A DNA stretch of 27,299 nt, taken from positions 1 through 27,299 of the forward strand of contig CAZYCQ010000022.1 in NCBI GenBank assembly GCA_964645535.1. The letters run 5' to 3'. Made by a program: the position numbers and the translations under genes. Numbering within the stretch: position 1 is the first letter of the stretch; the number at the start of each line of letters is the position of its first letter. The notes below the pieces were generated by a model. That model ran no database searches. It saw only the letters and a list, made by a program, of their open reading frames with translations, and was not told the origin of the DNA. Below, piece after piece: positions 8,017-16,218 of the stretch. The stretch comes from an uncultured archaeon. Its GTDB lineage: Archaea > Asgardarchaeota > Heimdallarchaeia > Heimdallarchaeales > Kariarchaeaceae.

Positions 8017-8699
8017 TCCTCCATCTGATTCATTAACAGCGATATGGCCGCAAAAGCTGCTTCAGGAGTCATGCCTTCTACCTCGGATTCGAGTCGATAA
8101 TACTCATGCCGTCCTGACAGCCTGAACACTTCAAATCCATAGGATTCCTTGGTGATCATTGTGGGGTCGATGACAATCGCGATCGAGCTTTCCCAAAGGG
8201 CTTGGTATCGTGCTTGGGTTCTGACATCATCGATGCTCAGATAGGGGGAATAGGATGGATGGGAATGAGCCCAGCCTACGATAAATTCGTTTTCTTGCTT
8301 TTTGCGGAGAATATCCATTACAGGTTCTGCCTCCAGAATATTCACGCTTACTGCATTGCCATGTCCTACTGGCCAATATTGACTAACAATGATCCGTTCA
8401 ATGGGAGTGTTCTCATCAACAAGGGTGCCTGTCAGCAATCCTATGACTTCCACCCATTGGGAGGGATGCCGTTTGGGATTGGCAAACTTGATGGCATGAG
8501 CGGCCATATTCAGATAGGCTTCGGACTTCATGACAACTTGGGACTGACGGGGGATGGACAAATCATCCCTTTCATTGATGTCCGCCTTATCAGTGTTGTG
8601 CTCTCCGGTGGCCGTCGGTTCGAGTGCCATGAGGCTTTCGATGCGTTCGATCCTATCCAGGATTTCCCGATATTCCGGAGGCATTTTTTCCGAGTTCAT
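8013..8699 (-). CDS. JAMM/MPN+ metallo-isopeptidase (Rpn11/CSN5-like deubiquitinase or Ubl maturase)
   Basis: EVIGLL..VGWAHSHPSYSPYLSIDD (E..HxH-x7-S-x2-D intact), then TQARYQ and IAIVIDP. Confidence 0.93.
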   Translation of the reverse strand: MNSEKMPPEYREILDRIERIESLMALEPTATGEHNTDKADINERDDLSIPRQSQVVMKSEAYLNMAAHAIKFANPKRHPSQWVEVIGLLTGTLVDENTPIERIIVSQYWPVGHGNAVSVNILEAEPVMDILRKKQENEFIVGWAHSHPSYSPYLSIDDVRTQARYQALWESSIAIVIDPTMITKESYGFEVFRLSGRHEYYRLESEVEGMTPEAAFAAISLLMNQMEE

Positions 8700-8702
8700 A
8701 AG

Positions 8703-9224
8703 TCACCAATATTCCTTTGCGTATTTTTTGTTGATTGCCTTGGCCTTCTTCATGAACTTCTTCCGATCATTGAGATATTGCAAGGCAGCTTCCTTATTGA
8801 AGACATCCTTGGGGTTGATGAAAGCCCCATCGATATTGAACATTGCCAAAATTGAATGGATGACCGTTCCGATGTTTTTCGAAGGGCTCCAGCCGTTGGG
8901 CTTGCCTACCAGTTCCTGATCAACCAAGGCCAGACAAATGTTTCTTTTTCCTTGGTATTCCTTGGGGTTGGGCCAAAAGTTGGGATGCCAGATGGGGGTG
9001 TGCAACCTGACAAATGGTGGCTTATATGGGTAATTCGGTCCATATTTGATTTCAAGTTTGTACTTGCCGCCTTCATAGGGTGTCCCTTTTGGTCCCTTGA
9101 ACCCAATGGCCAAATGTTCTATCGATTTCTTTGTTGGAGAGAACGATTTGACCTGATCGATCACTCCTTTTTTGTACAGGTGCTTCAGAATTTCATAATC
9201 TTTGATGATTCTTTTCTTTCTCAT
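8703..9224 (-). CDS. Ubiquitin-conjugating enzyme E2 (UBC fold)
   Basis: GPKGTPYEGG, YPYKPPFVR, WHPN, catalytic ICL, WSP, NKEAA. Confidence 0.95.
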   Translation of the reverse strand: MRKKRIIKDYEILKHLYKKGVIDQVKSFSPTKKSIEHLAIGFKGPKGTPYEGGKYKLEIKYGPNYPYKPPFVRLHTPIWHPNFWPNPKEYQGKRNICLALVDQELVGKPNGWSPSKNIGTVIHSILAMFNIDGAFINPKDVFNKEAALQYLNDRKKFMKKAKAINKKYAKEYW

Positions 9225-10507
9225 GGTTTTCGTCCCTCATTGTACTTGATTTTGACATAGATGTCGATATCCTCCTCATTTCGGATGAAGCCAAGGGCGT
9301 AAAGGGTTTCCCCTTGTCTGATGTTTTCCTCATGAAGTGTCCGGTCAAGGGCAAGGGGTTCCATGTCTTCGCCATCCATCCTGTAATAACTTGGATCCAG
9401 GTCTGGATTCCTTAGGTACCCCTCTTTCCGAAGCAGAAGCTCGAGATTTTCTATGACGAGGGATCTTGGAACCTTTATTGAGAGGATTTTGGGTGCCTGC
9501 GGTCCGCAGAGCTGACAATCTGGGTTGGGTGGTTTCTTCAGGTAGAAGAACTTTCCTGTCACGCCATTGTATATGGTATATTCTAAATTGACTTGACCAA
9601 TGTTTCTCCCATGCAATTGATGGAGTGCCTTTATCGCTTCCTGTGATTGGATGGACGCAATGACCGCATTTATGGTTATCACTGTTGGCTCATGGAAATC
9701 TATCATGGAAACTGCCTCATCCAATGTGAACTCCTTCTCGTGGGGGAAGTGTTCTCTCACCAGTCGGTTCGCATAGTTGAGCACCTTTTCCATCTCTTCT
9801 CTGTTTGAGGTGTCCGGTTCTCTTCCAGTCTGGGATTCAAAGAAGAGTTGTCCTTTCAAAAGGCAATGGGATCGTTTTCTGGGAACTCCTACAAGAGTGC
9901 ATGCCGCAAGCGTTTCCCTTTCCCGTTCCTTCAGTGGATCACATTGCAGGCAGGCATTGGCTTTGGGCATGTAGGTGTAGATATGTCCATAGTATGTCAT
10001 GGTGCCTCCATCAATCAGCGGCTTGCCATTGTGCACTGCTTGCCGTGCAAGGTCCCTTCTGGCCTCTACATTGTCCAATCCTGATATGTAGAGATCCACT
10101 TCTTCGAAGATCATTGGATCAAGGGATTGAAGTTTCCCGTGGTGAGGGATGTAACTTCCATAGGGATTCACTTCCTTCAATTTCCTCGCTGCCGCGACCG
10201 CTTTGGATTCCCCTTCCTCTGCACCGATAAAAAGAATCTGGCGGTTGAGGTTACTGTATTCAATCACATCCATGTCCACAAGATGGAGGGTTCCCACTCC
10301 TGCCATGGCAAGATTCTTGGCAATTTCTGTACCAAGCCCTCCAATTCCTGCGATGAGTACTGATGATCGCTTTAGGGTTTCTTGATCCCATCCAGGAAGG
10401 CGAAACTGACGATCCAAACGTTTGCGTTCGTCAGGTGTGAGACTGTCGGAAAAGAAATTTGATCTGTTTTTGTCCATATTATTCACGTCCAGGGTGTCGG
10501 TCTTCAC
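9221..10507 (-). CDS. Ubiquitin-like activating enzyme E1 (ThiF/MoeB fold, Uba3-like catalytic Cys domain, probable C-terminal ubiquitin-fold domain)
   Basis: RLDRQ, GIGGLG, DMDVIEYSNLNRQILF, LDN, DGGT, Zn pairs CLQC and CQLC, and CTLVGVPRKRSHC resembling Uba3 CTIAxxPRxPEHC. The GTG start overlaps the upstream TGA. Confidence 0.93.
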   Translation of the reverse strand: MKTDTLDVNNMDKNRSNFFSDSLTPDERKRLDRQFRLPGWDQETLKRSSVLIAGIGGLGTEIAKNLAMAGVGTLHLVDMDVIEYSNLNRQILFIGAEEGESKAVAAARKLKEVNPYGSYIPHHGKLQSLDPMIFEEVDLYISGLDNVEARRDLARQAVHNGKPLIDGGTMTYYGHIYTYMPKANACLQCDPLKERERETLAACTLVGVPRKRSHCLLKGQLFFESQTGREPDTSNREEMEKVLNYANRLVREHFPHEKEFTLDEAVSMIDFHEPTVITINAVIASIQSQEAIKALHQLHGRNIGQVNLEYTIYNGVTGKFFYLKKPPNPDCQLCGPQAPKILSIKVPRSLVIENLELLLRKEGYLRNPDLDPSYYRMDGEDMEPLALDRTLHEENIRQGETLYALGFIRNEEDIDIYVKIKYNEGRKP

Positions 10508-10824
10508 CAGACCCCTGCCGTGGAGAAAGGTATGATGAGCATGGTGTCGCCATCCTCAACATCATAATTGTCGACGATGTCATCATCATCACAGGTTCTT
10601 CCTCCAATCACGATATGGAATGACTGGGTGTCTGGGAGTCCGAACAGGGTGGCAAGGGTCTGCTTGATGTCACGGATGGAGGCATCGCGGGCAATCTCCA
10701 GCGTCTCCTGCCGATGGCTTGGGCCGACTGTACTTTCGACTTGGATCCGTACCTTCCCTGAAGGGGGTAACTCTTCATCCAAGCCATCAATGTCCAGTTC
10801 TTCAAATTCTCTGTCTTCGCTCAT
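10504..10824 (-). CDS. Ubiquitin-like protein 2 (acidic N-terminal extension, ends STAG-VW)
   Basis: Beta-grasp pattern SIRDIKQTLATLFGLP..FHIVIGGRTCDDDDIVDNYDVEDGDTMLII. ATG 10824 chosen by similarity to the Ubl1 N-terminus; the alternative is 10875. Confidence 0.88.
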   Translation of the reverse strand: MSEDREFEELDIDGLDEELPPSGKVRIQVESTVGPSHRQETLEIARDASIRDIKQTLATLFGLPDTQSFHIVIGGRTCDDDDIVDNYDVEDGDTMLIIPFSTAGVW

Positions 10825-10871
10825 AACTAACCTTGCCCAATACAAGGTAATGAACGTTTCCCACAGAGGAT

Positions 10872-11216
10872 TCATTTGCCTGCCGTTGAGACAGGTATCA
10901 GGAGAAGGGAGTCTCCATCCTCAACCCCGTAATTGTCGAGGGAATCATCCGGATCACAAGTGCGACCTGCATGGGAGATATGGAATTCATCTGGAGGCAA
11001 TCCAAAAATCTGTCCCACCGTATACTTGAGATCCCTGATGGGGGCGTCTTTGGCCACAACCAGCTTCTCCTGCTTCTGGTTTGGACCAACCGTGCTCTGG
11101 AAATACACCGTCACCTTTTTTCCCGCAGGGGTCTTGGAGGTGGCGGGTGTCTTCGACTTTATTTCATTGACCAAAAGGTCATCATCTTCAAATGACAAGT
11201 CTTCAAACTCGCTCAT
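10872..11216 (-). CDS. Ubiquitin-like protein 1 (acidic N-terminal extension, ends STAG-K)
   Basis: PIRDLKYTVGQIFGLPPDEFHISHAGRTCDPDDSLDNYGVEDGDSLLLI matches the ubiquitin/SUMO 'TLxDYxIxDGxTIHL' pattern. ATG 11216 is preceded by AGGTGAT. Confidence 0.9.
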   Translation of the reverse strand: MSEFEDLSFEDDDLLVNEIKSKTPATSKTPAGKKVTVYFQSTVGPNQKQEKLVVAKDAPIRDLKYTVGQIFGLPPDEFHISHAGRTCDPDDSLDNYGVEDGDSLLLIPVSTAGK

Positions 11217-11289
11217 AGTAATCACCTGGGTTGTGGACCATGCAAACACATGATCACAACAACACACAAACATATATTACATTCCAAAC

Positions 11290-11297
11290 TATATAAA
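11290..11297 (-). promoter_or_regulatory. Archaeal TATA box of the ubiquitin operon
   Basis: TTTATATA preceded by purine-rich GATAGG on the minus strand; the same GGTTTATATA core occurs upstream of clpB. Confidence 0.65.
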
Positions 11298-11505
11298 CCT
11301 ATCCATCATGCGACTGAATTCTGGGTAATTGTCAGTTGTCTGATTGGAGAGGGCTAGGAAAAGGGTTCAACTTGACTGATGGCTCGGATCAACATTGGCT
11401 ATGAGCCTCAACACCGAATATATCCAATATGTTTGAGAAATGCTTTTCTTGCTTCTTTTTTTTAAAATCTGAAAAGATAAAATAGTGTCTGAATGTAATA
11501 GAAAT

Positions 11506-12411
11506 TCAAGCATGTCGCGGAAGGACAAATCTTTGCATTGCAGCCGTGAACCTGTTTCTATTTCTAAAATTTTTCAAAAGGTGTTCTCCTTGACGTCCGC
11601 AGAGAATGGTCAATTGCTGAGCCCCCTTTTGCTCAAGGAATTCCTGTATTCTCCCTAACATGGCATCAGTTGCTTCTGTGTCGGGTACTGTCCGGGAGTA
11701 CACCGGTCCCATTCTCCACTTCCCTCTTGATTTTGTAAGTCGTGCCCATGCCCGTACTCCTCTTTCCAGAAAACAGAAATCCTTGATTTCCTCAACAAAT
11801 GTAGGGAGATTGGAAATCACATTTTTGGCAAATTCCGGAGAATAGCCTAGATTCTTTGCAAGCAGATCCGCTTTTTCTTTGGCGGAAATTCTTGTGCAAT
11901 CTTCTATATTGACATTATGCTCAAACGAGAATGCAGGGAGATCAATGATTGCACGATGCACCAAGGCTCCTTCCTGCTGAAATCCCTTTTCTTGCAGATA
12001 GTCATTGAACCCCCATGAGGGACTGACATTGCAGACAATGGCCTTGACCCCTTTGGTTTCGAGGATTCGGATACTTTCATTGATGAGGGCTTTTTCGATT
12101 TGCTCTGATCTAGGTCTTACTATTGGTGGTGACATTATACCCAAAGGTAGTGGAAGATCATTTGCATATAGTTCTGTCCCTGAAATGCTTGTCACGATCT
12201 TGGAAGTGATGAACCCTTTGATTTCTCCATCTACCCAATAAAGGCGGGTTGATGGATCACATTCATCACTGCGGTACAATCGTCTCAAGTATTCTTCTTC
12301 CGACTGATTAAAGAATTCCCATTCATTTTCCGCAATTTTACCGAGTCTGACTTGCTGTTCGATAAACCAGTTCAGTTTCTGTGGATCAAGGCTAACTATA
12401 TGTCCGCCCAT
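11506..12411 (-). CDS. GNAT-fold acetyltransferase-like protein, probably two GNAT domains
   Basis: DGEIKGFI..IEKALINESIRILETKGVKAI..YLQEKGF, and a second DAMLGRIQEFLEQKGAQQL unit. Confidence 0.6.
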   Translation of the reverse strand: MGGHIVSLDPQKLNWFIEQQVRLGKIAENEWEFFNQSEEEYLRRLYRSDECDPSTRLYWVDGEIKGFITSKIVTSISGTELYANDLPLPLGIMSPPIVRPRSEQIEKALINESIRILETKGVKAIVCNVSPSWGFNDYLQEKGFQQEGALVHRAIIDLPAFSFEHNVNIEDCTRISAKEKADLLAKNLGYSPEFAKNVISNLPTFVEEIKDFCFLERGVRAWARLTKSRGKWRMGPVYSRTVPDTEATDAMLGRIQEFLEQKGAQQLTILCGRQGEHLLKNFRNRNRFTAAMQRFVLPRHA

Positions 12412-12505
12412 CTTGTTCTCATTTGGATTGGGCGCATTTCTTTATTTTGCCTTTCGTTGTGTGGACATGCAAAATATTTTTATTTTTCCGACATGGTGCA
12501 GGGAT

Positions 12506-13021
12506 ATGGCAATCCCTGATGGTGTTGATCCCTTAGATCAAATCTATAGTGTCATTCCTTCAAAAGAGGTCAAGAAGGTTCTGAGCTATAGGTTCAATTT
12601 TTTCCGGGGCTTTCTGTTTGCTTTTCTGTTCTTTCAGGGAATACCATACTTTCTCAACTATTTGGAATATCGCTTTGTTGGATATGAGGCCCTCAAAAAA
12701 GAACTGAATGTGGCTACTGACAAGGAAGTTCTTGCAATCATTCTTCCAAGATCCATTGCTGGTTGGGGGGTTGCCTGTTTCTTTATTTCCCTTTTGGGTC
12801 TGCTTTTCACTTTCTTTTCTGCGCGATCTCCGTCGGTGGTCTACTCCCGTTCATACATTCCGTCAGGGGATCTTGCCTCAAAAATAGAGCAGGACAAGGA
12901 TGAGGTCACTGCTAACTTCTTTCATCCAAGATATGCCTTCTTTCATGGTGCTCTTCTCCAATCCATTTTCCAGTTGGTGATAAGTACCTATCTTGGGATG
13001 TTGGTCTTGACCTATTTCTGA
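12506..13021 (+). CDS. Hypothetical membrane protein (about 3 TM)
   Basis: Three hydrophobic segments. ATG 12506 follows an AT-rich TATA-like tract; the ORF track starts at 12413. Confidence 0.65.
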   Translation: MAIPDGVDPLDQIYSVIPSKEVKKVLSYRFNFFRGFLFAFLFFQGIPYFLNYLEYRFVGYEALKKELNVATDKEVLAIILPRSIAGWGVACFFISLLGLLFTFFSARSPSVVYSRSYIPSGDLASKIEQDKDEVTANFFHPRYAFFHGALLQSIFQLVISTYLGMLVLTYF

Positions 13022-13068
13022 ATCTCAGAGATCAGAACCCTAATATTGGATATGTGGAAAGCGGATTC

Positions 13069-14325
13069 ATGGCCACACGTTTTGCCCGGCTCGCCATATG
13101 GACTGATGCAGATATAGGCAATCAATTGGACTGGTATCGACATGTATCAACCAATACCATGCCGGCAAAGTTCCAAATTGCCAGACGGGTGATGGTTCCT
13201 GAATTCGATGGAATGTCTTCAGAGGAACTCTGGTCTGTCCATGCCAAAGCAACTGATGAATTCCTGAAACTTTGGAAAGAGGTCAGGTTAAATGGACAGT
13301 CGATTACTGCACTACCTGAAGCAACACCTTCTCTTATGGATCTCAATGTCGAGTTGGTTCAACGAATGGCAAGGAACTGTGTGTTCTGTCGGTGGAGGTG
13401 TGGAGTCGATCGATCCCAACCCGAAGGGGCAAAACGAGGCACCTGCCAATTGGGGCTTGAAAGCCGCGTTGGATCCTATTTTCATCATCGGGGTGAGGAA
13501 TTGATCTACAGGGGTACCCATGGTTCCGGAACGATCTTCTTCACCAGTTGCAACATGCGATGCGTTTTCTGTCAGAACGGCTCGATCAGCAAGGATCGTC
13601 TGAATGGATTGGTTGTCAATCCTGAAGACTTGGCGATGATAATCCGGCAGTTGCGTATCGAAGGATGCCATAATATCAATTTTGTCGGAGGGGATCCCAT
13701 TGTGCACCTGCACACGATAATCGAGGCAATTTCAAAGCTTCGGCTCCACATGGCGGATCAATTACCTGACCGTCTTCGGTCGCTCCAATCGGATTGGTGG
13801 TATGGTTACCGTCCTTCATTGAAACATGCCGACTATCAAGGTATGTTCAATGCTCCGATGCTTTGGAATTCCAATTTTTTCATGAGTGATGAGGCTATGG
13901 CAATCCTACGAACAGTCATGGACGTCTGGTTACCGGATCTCAAATTTTATTCCAAAGAATGCGCAAGGGAACTATCACGAACCCCTTGGTATTTTGAAAC
14001 TGTCAGCAAAAAGATCAAGCAGATCTACGATTGGGGTGAAAGCTTTTCCATTCGGCATCTGATCATGCCTAACCATGTGGAATGTTGCACCAAGCCCATT
14101 CTGGAATGGATCGCATCTGAAGTACCGAATGCTTTGGTCAATATTATGGATCAGTATCATCCTGATTCTTTCACGGATCCCAATTCTCCTGACTACAATT
14201 CTCGATATGTGGCCATTTCTCGTTTTCCGACACGGGAGGAGATCAAAAGGGCATATGAAATTGCAGATGAATTGGGAATTATCTATGAACAGATTACCTT
14301 TGAGAGATTCTATAGGAATGGCTGA
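13069..14325 (+). CDS. Radical SAM Fe-S protein, PflX / pyruvate formate-lyase activating enzyme-like family
   Basis: CVFCRWRCGVDR..C, GSGTIFFTSCNMRCVFCQN (CxxxCxxC), NINFVGGDP, LPDLKF, IRHLIMPNHVECCT, VNIMDQYHP. Confidence 0.88.
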   Translation: MATRFARLAIWTDADIGNQLDWYRHVSTNTMPAKFQIARRVMVPEFDGMSSEELWSVHAKATDEFLKLWKEVRLNGQSITALPEATPSLMDLNVELVQRMARNCVFCRWRCGVDRSQPEGAKRGTCQLGLESRVGSYFHHRGEELIYRGTHGSGTIFFTSCNMRCVFCQNGSISKDRLNGLVVNPEDLAMIIRQLRIEGCHNINFVGGDPIVHLHTIIEAISKLRLHMADQLPDRLRSLQSDWWYGYRPSLKHADYQGMFNAPMLWNSNFFMSDEAMAILRTVMDVWLPDLKFYSKECARELSRTPWYFETVSKKIKQIYDWGESFSIRHLIMPNHVECCTKPILEWIASEVPNALVNIMDQYHPDSFTDPNSPDYNSRYVAISRFPTREEIKRAYEIADELGIIYEQITFERFYRNG

Positions 14326-15506
14326 CGAATGAGTTCCACATCCACTTCCGTTTCCATATCGATTTCCGTAGTATCTTCAGGGATTTTGAGGATACCATCG
14401 GCCATGGTCAATGACATGATGTTGCTTGCCCCATATTTTGCAATCGGAATGGCAACTATGCCCTTATCGGTCATCTGGAGCTTTACCCGGACAAATTGGA
14501 GCCTTCCTTGTTTTGACTTGACTGGTTCTCCCATCTTCGCCCTTACTGTGACTGTCTGTCTATCAAAGGGAGAAATTCCGAGGGAATCTAGAATATATGG
14601 TCTGACAATGTATCGATACGTCAAATAGCATGCTACCGGATATCCCGGTAGGGAGAAGACCATTTTTCCACCAACCTTCCATGCGCCTACCGGTTTTCCT
14701 GGAGAAATGTCCAGGCCTTTGAACAGCCTTTGTCCTCTCTCATCTAGGATTTCGGGAATAAGGTCACGTGTTCCTTTTGATGTTCCTCCAATCACAAGAA
14801 GGATGTCCGATTGAAGCAACATCTTTGCAAGGGTCTTTTCGATCTGATCCTTCTTATCAAGTGCAAACCCGAAATGTATTGGGGTGCAGAAACTGTTTCT
14901 TATCATGTCAATGAGCATGATACTGTTGGATTCGATGATCTTTCCGCGAGGTATCGGTGGTGCGTCAAGAAGCTCATCTCCAGTGTTGAGGAGGCCGATT
15001 GTGGGTTTCTGTCGAACCTTGACGGAAAACCTGCCAAAGCTTCTCAGGGTGGACAATTCTGCTGCTGAAAGTACTTGCCCCTCTCTGATGGTCAATGATC
15101 CTCTCTTGGCATTTTCACCTTTTTTGATGATGTTCTCACCTACCTTGATCCTCTTTGTCGGCCTGATGATGTCTTCGGCAACAAATTCTATGTCCTCAAT
15201 TTTGATTACGGCATCCGTCTCGTCAGGTACAACCGCTCCTGTATTGATGCGGATGGCCTGGTTTGCCTCAAGGGGGATGATTCCCTCGTCCCCTGCATTC
15301 AATTGTCCAATCACTTGGAACTCATCCTTGGTTCCGAATCTGACGGCAAATCCGTCCATGGCGGATATAGGCCAATTGGGCTGGTCATACGGCGAGTGGA
15401 TGTCTTTGGCACAAATCCGACCTGCTGCCTCGGATATTGGTATGGTTTCCTCATTCATTTCGATATGATGTCCGGAGAGGATTTCCATGGCTTGACTTAG
15501 CCTCAT
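14310..15506 (-). CDS. moeA: Molybdopterin molybdenumtransferase
   Basis: SAMDGFAV, INTGAVVP..DAVIKIED, TGDEL, ESNS, GGTSKGTRD, PGKP, LPGYPVAC. Confidence 0.95.
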   Translation of the reverse strand: MRLSQAMEILSGHHIEMNEETIPISEAAGRICAKDIHSPYDQPNWPISAMDGFAVRFGTKDEFQVIGQLNAGDEGIIPLEANQAIRINTGAVVPDETDAVIKIEDIEFVAEDIIRPTKRIKVGENIIKKGENAKRGSLTIREGQVLSAAELSTLRSFGRFSVKVRQKPTIGLLNTGDELLDAPPIPRGKIIESNSIMLIDMIRNSFCTPIHFGFALDKKDQIEKTLAKMLLQSDILLVIGGTSKGTRDLIPEILDERGQRLFKGLDISPGKPVGAWKVGGKMVFSLPGYPVACYLTYRYIVRPYILDSLGISPFDRQTVTVRAKMGEPVKSKQGRLQFVRVKLQMTDKGIVAIPIAKYGASNIMSLTMADGILKIPEDTTEIDMETEVDVELIRQPFL

Positions 15507-15568
15507 TCAGGATTTTCTTGGTGTTTTAGTTAAAAAAAGGTGAGATGCCATTCCAAATTGGGGTATTA

Positions 15569-16132
15569 TCATCCATGAGTTTCAAGCATTTTTTCGATCA
15601 ACCATTCAAAGGCTTCCTTAACCCCATCTCCTGTCAAGGCGGATGTCTCAAATGAGCCGATCTCGATCTCCTTGTTGTCAATGTTTTCCTTGACATAATC
15701 AATGATCTGTTGCTTTTCCTTTTCAAAGAGCTTTCTTTCTCCTTCCAAATCGATCTTGTTGAAAATTATGGCAAGCTGCATATGCTTGATGATCCCTTGG
15801 CGATTGAAATCATCAATCCAAGGTTGGACATAGGTTTGGAGGTCTCCATCTGTAGTTACATCAAGCACAAGAAAGGCACCGTTGGTTCCTCGATAGTACA
15901 TGGCTCGATTTTTTTGGAAATTGGCATCTCCTGCGATGTCCCATATGACTAGGTCATGCTCTTCATTTCCTTTGCGGAACTTCATATAGGAGAGGTCAAC
16001 TCCAATCGTCTTCTTGTACTCACCTGCAAATCCAATACCCATAAACCGTTTTCTCAATGTGGTCTTGCCAACTCTTTCATTGCCCGTCAGAACCAGTTTG
16101 AAGATATATCGTTCCTCTCCAGGGACATTCAT
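15569..16132 (-). CDS. Ras-superfamily (Rab-like) small GTPase
   Basis: G1 GNERVGKT, G2 YKKTIGVD, G3 WDIAGD, YYRG, G4 NKID, G5 ETSAL; no C-terminal Cys. Confidence 0.92.
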   Translation of the reverse strand: MNVPGEERYIFKLVLTGNERVGKTTLRKRFMGIGFAGEYKKTIGVDLSYMKFRKGNEEHDLVIWDIAGDANFQKNRAMYYRGTNGAFLVLDVTTDGDLQTYVQPWIDDFNRQGIIKHMQLAIIFNKIDLEGERKLFEKEKQQIIDYVKENIDNKEIEIGSFETSALTGDGVKEAFEWLIEKMLETHG

Positions 16133-16155
16133 AGGTTGGAAATGTTTTTTCCATC

Positions 16156-16161
16156 TATAAA
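16156..16161 (-). promoter_or_regulatory. TATA box for the small GTPase, spacing compatible with a leaderless mRNA
   Basis: TTTATA on the minus strand about 24 nt before ATG 16132. Confidence 0.45.
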
Positions 16162-16218
16162 TATTCCTGTGAAATTTTTTCGATTCTGCCCAATTGCTTT
16201 TTTTTATATTTCACAAAA

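Noticed and set aside
9221-11216. Ubls and E1 as MoaD/MoeB sulfur carriers, given moaA and moeA in the window
   Set aside because: The Ubls are ubiquitin/SUMO-like and lack terminal GG, the E1 has a Uba3-type Cys domain, and E2, RING and JAMM are in the same operon. moaA and moeA are in separate transcription units.
11217-11273. Cys-rich N-terminal extension MFVCCCDH of Ubl1 in the ORF track
   Set aside because: It starts too close to the TATA box. The ribosome-binding site and paralog similarity point to ATG 11216.
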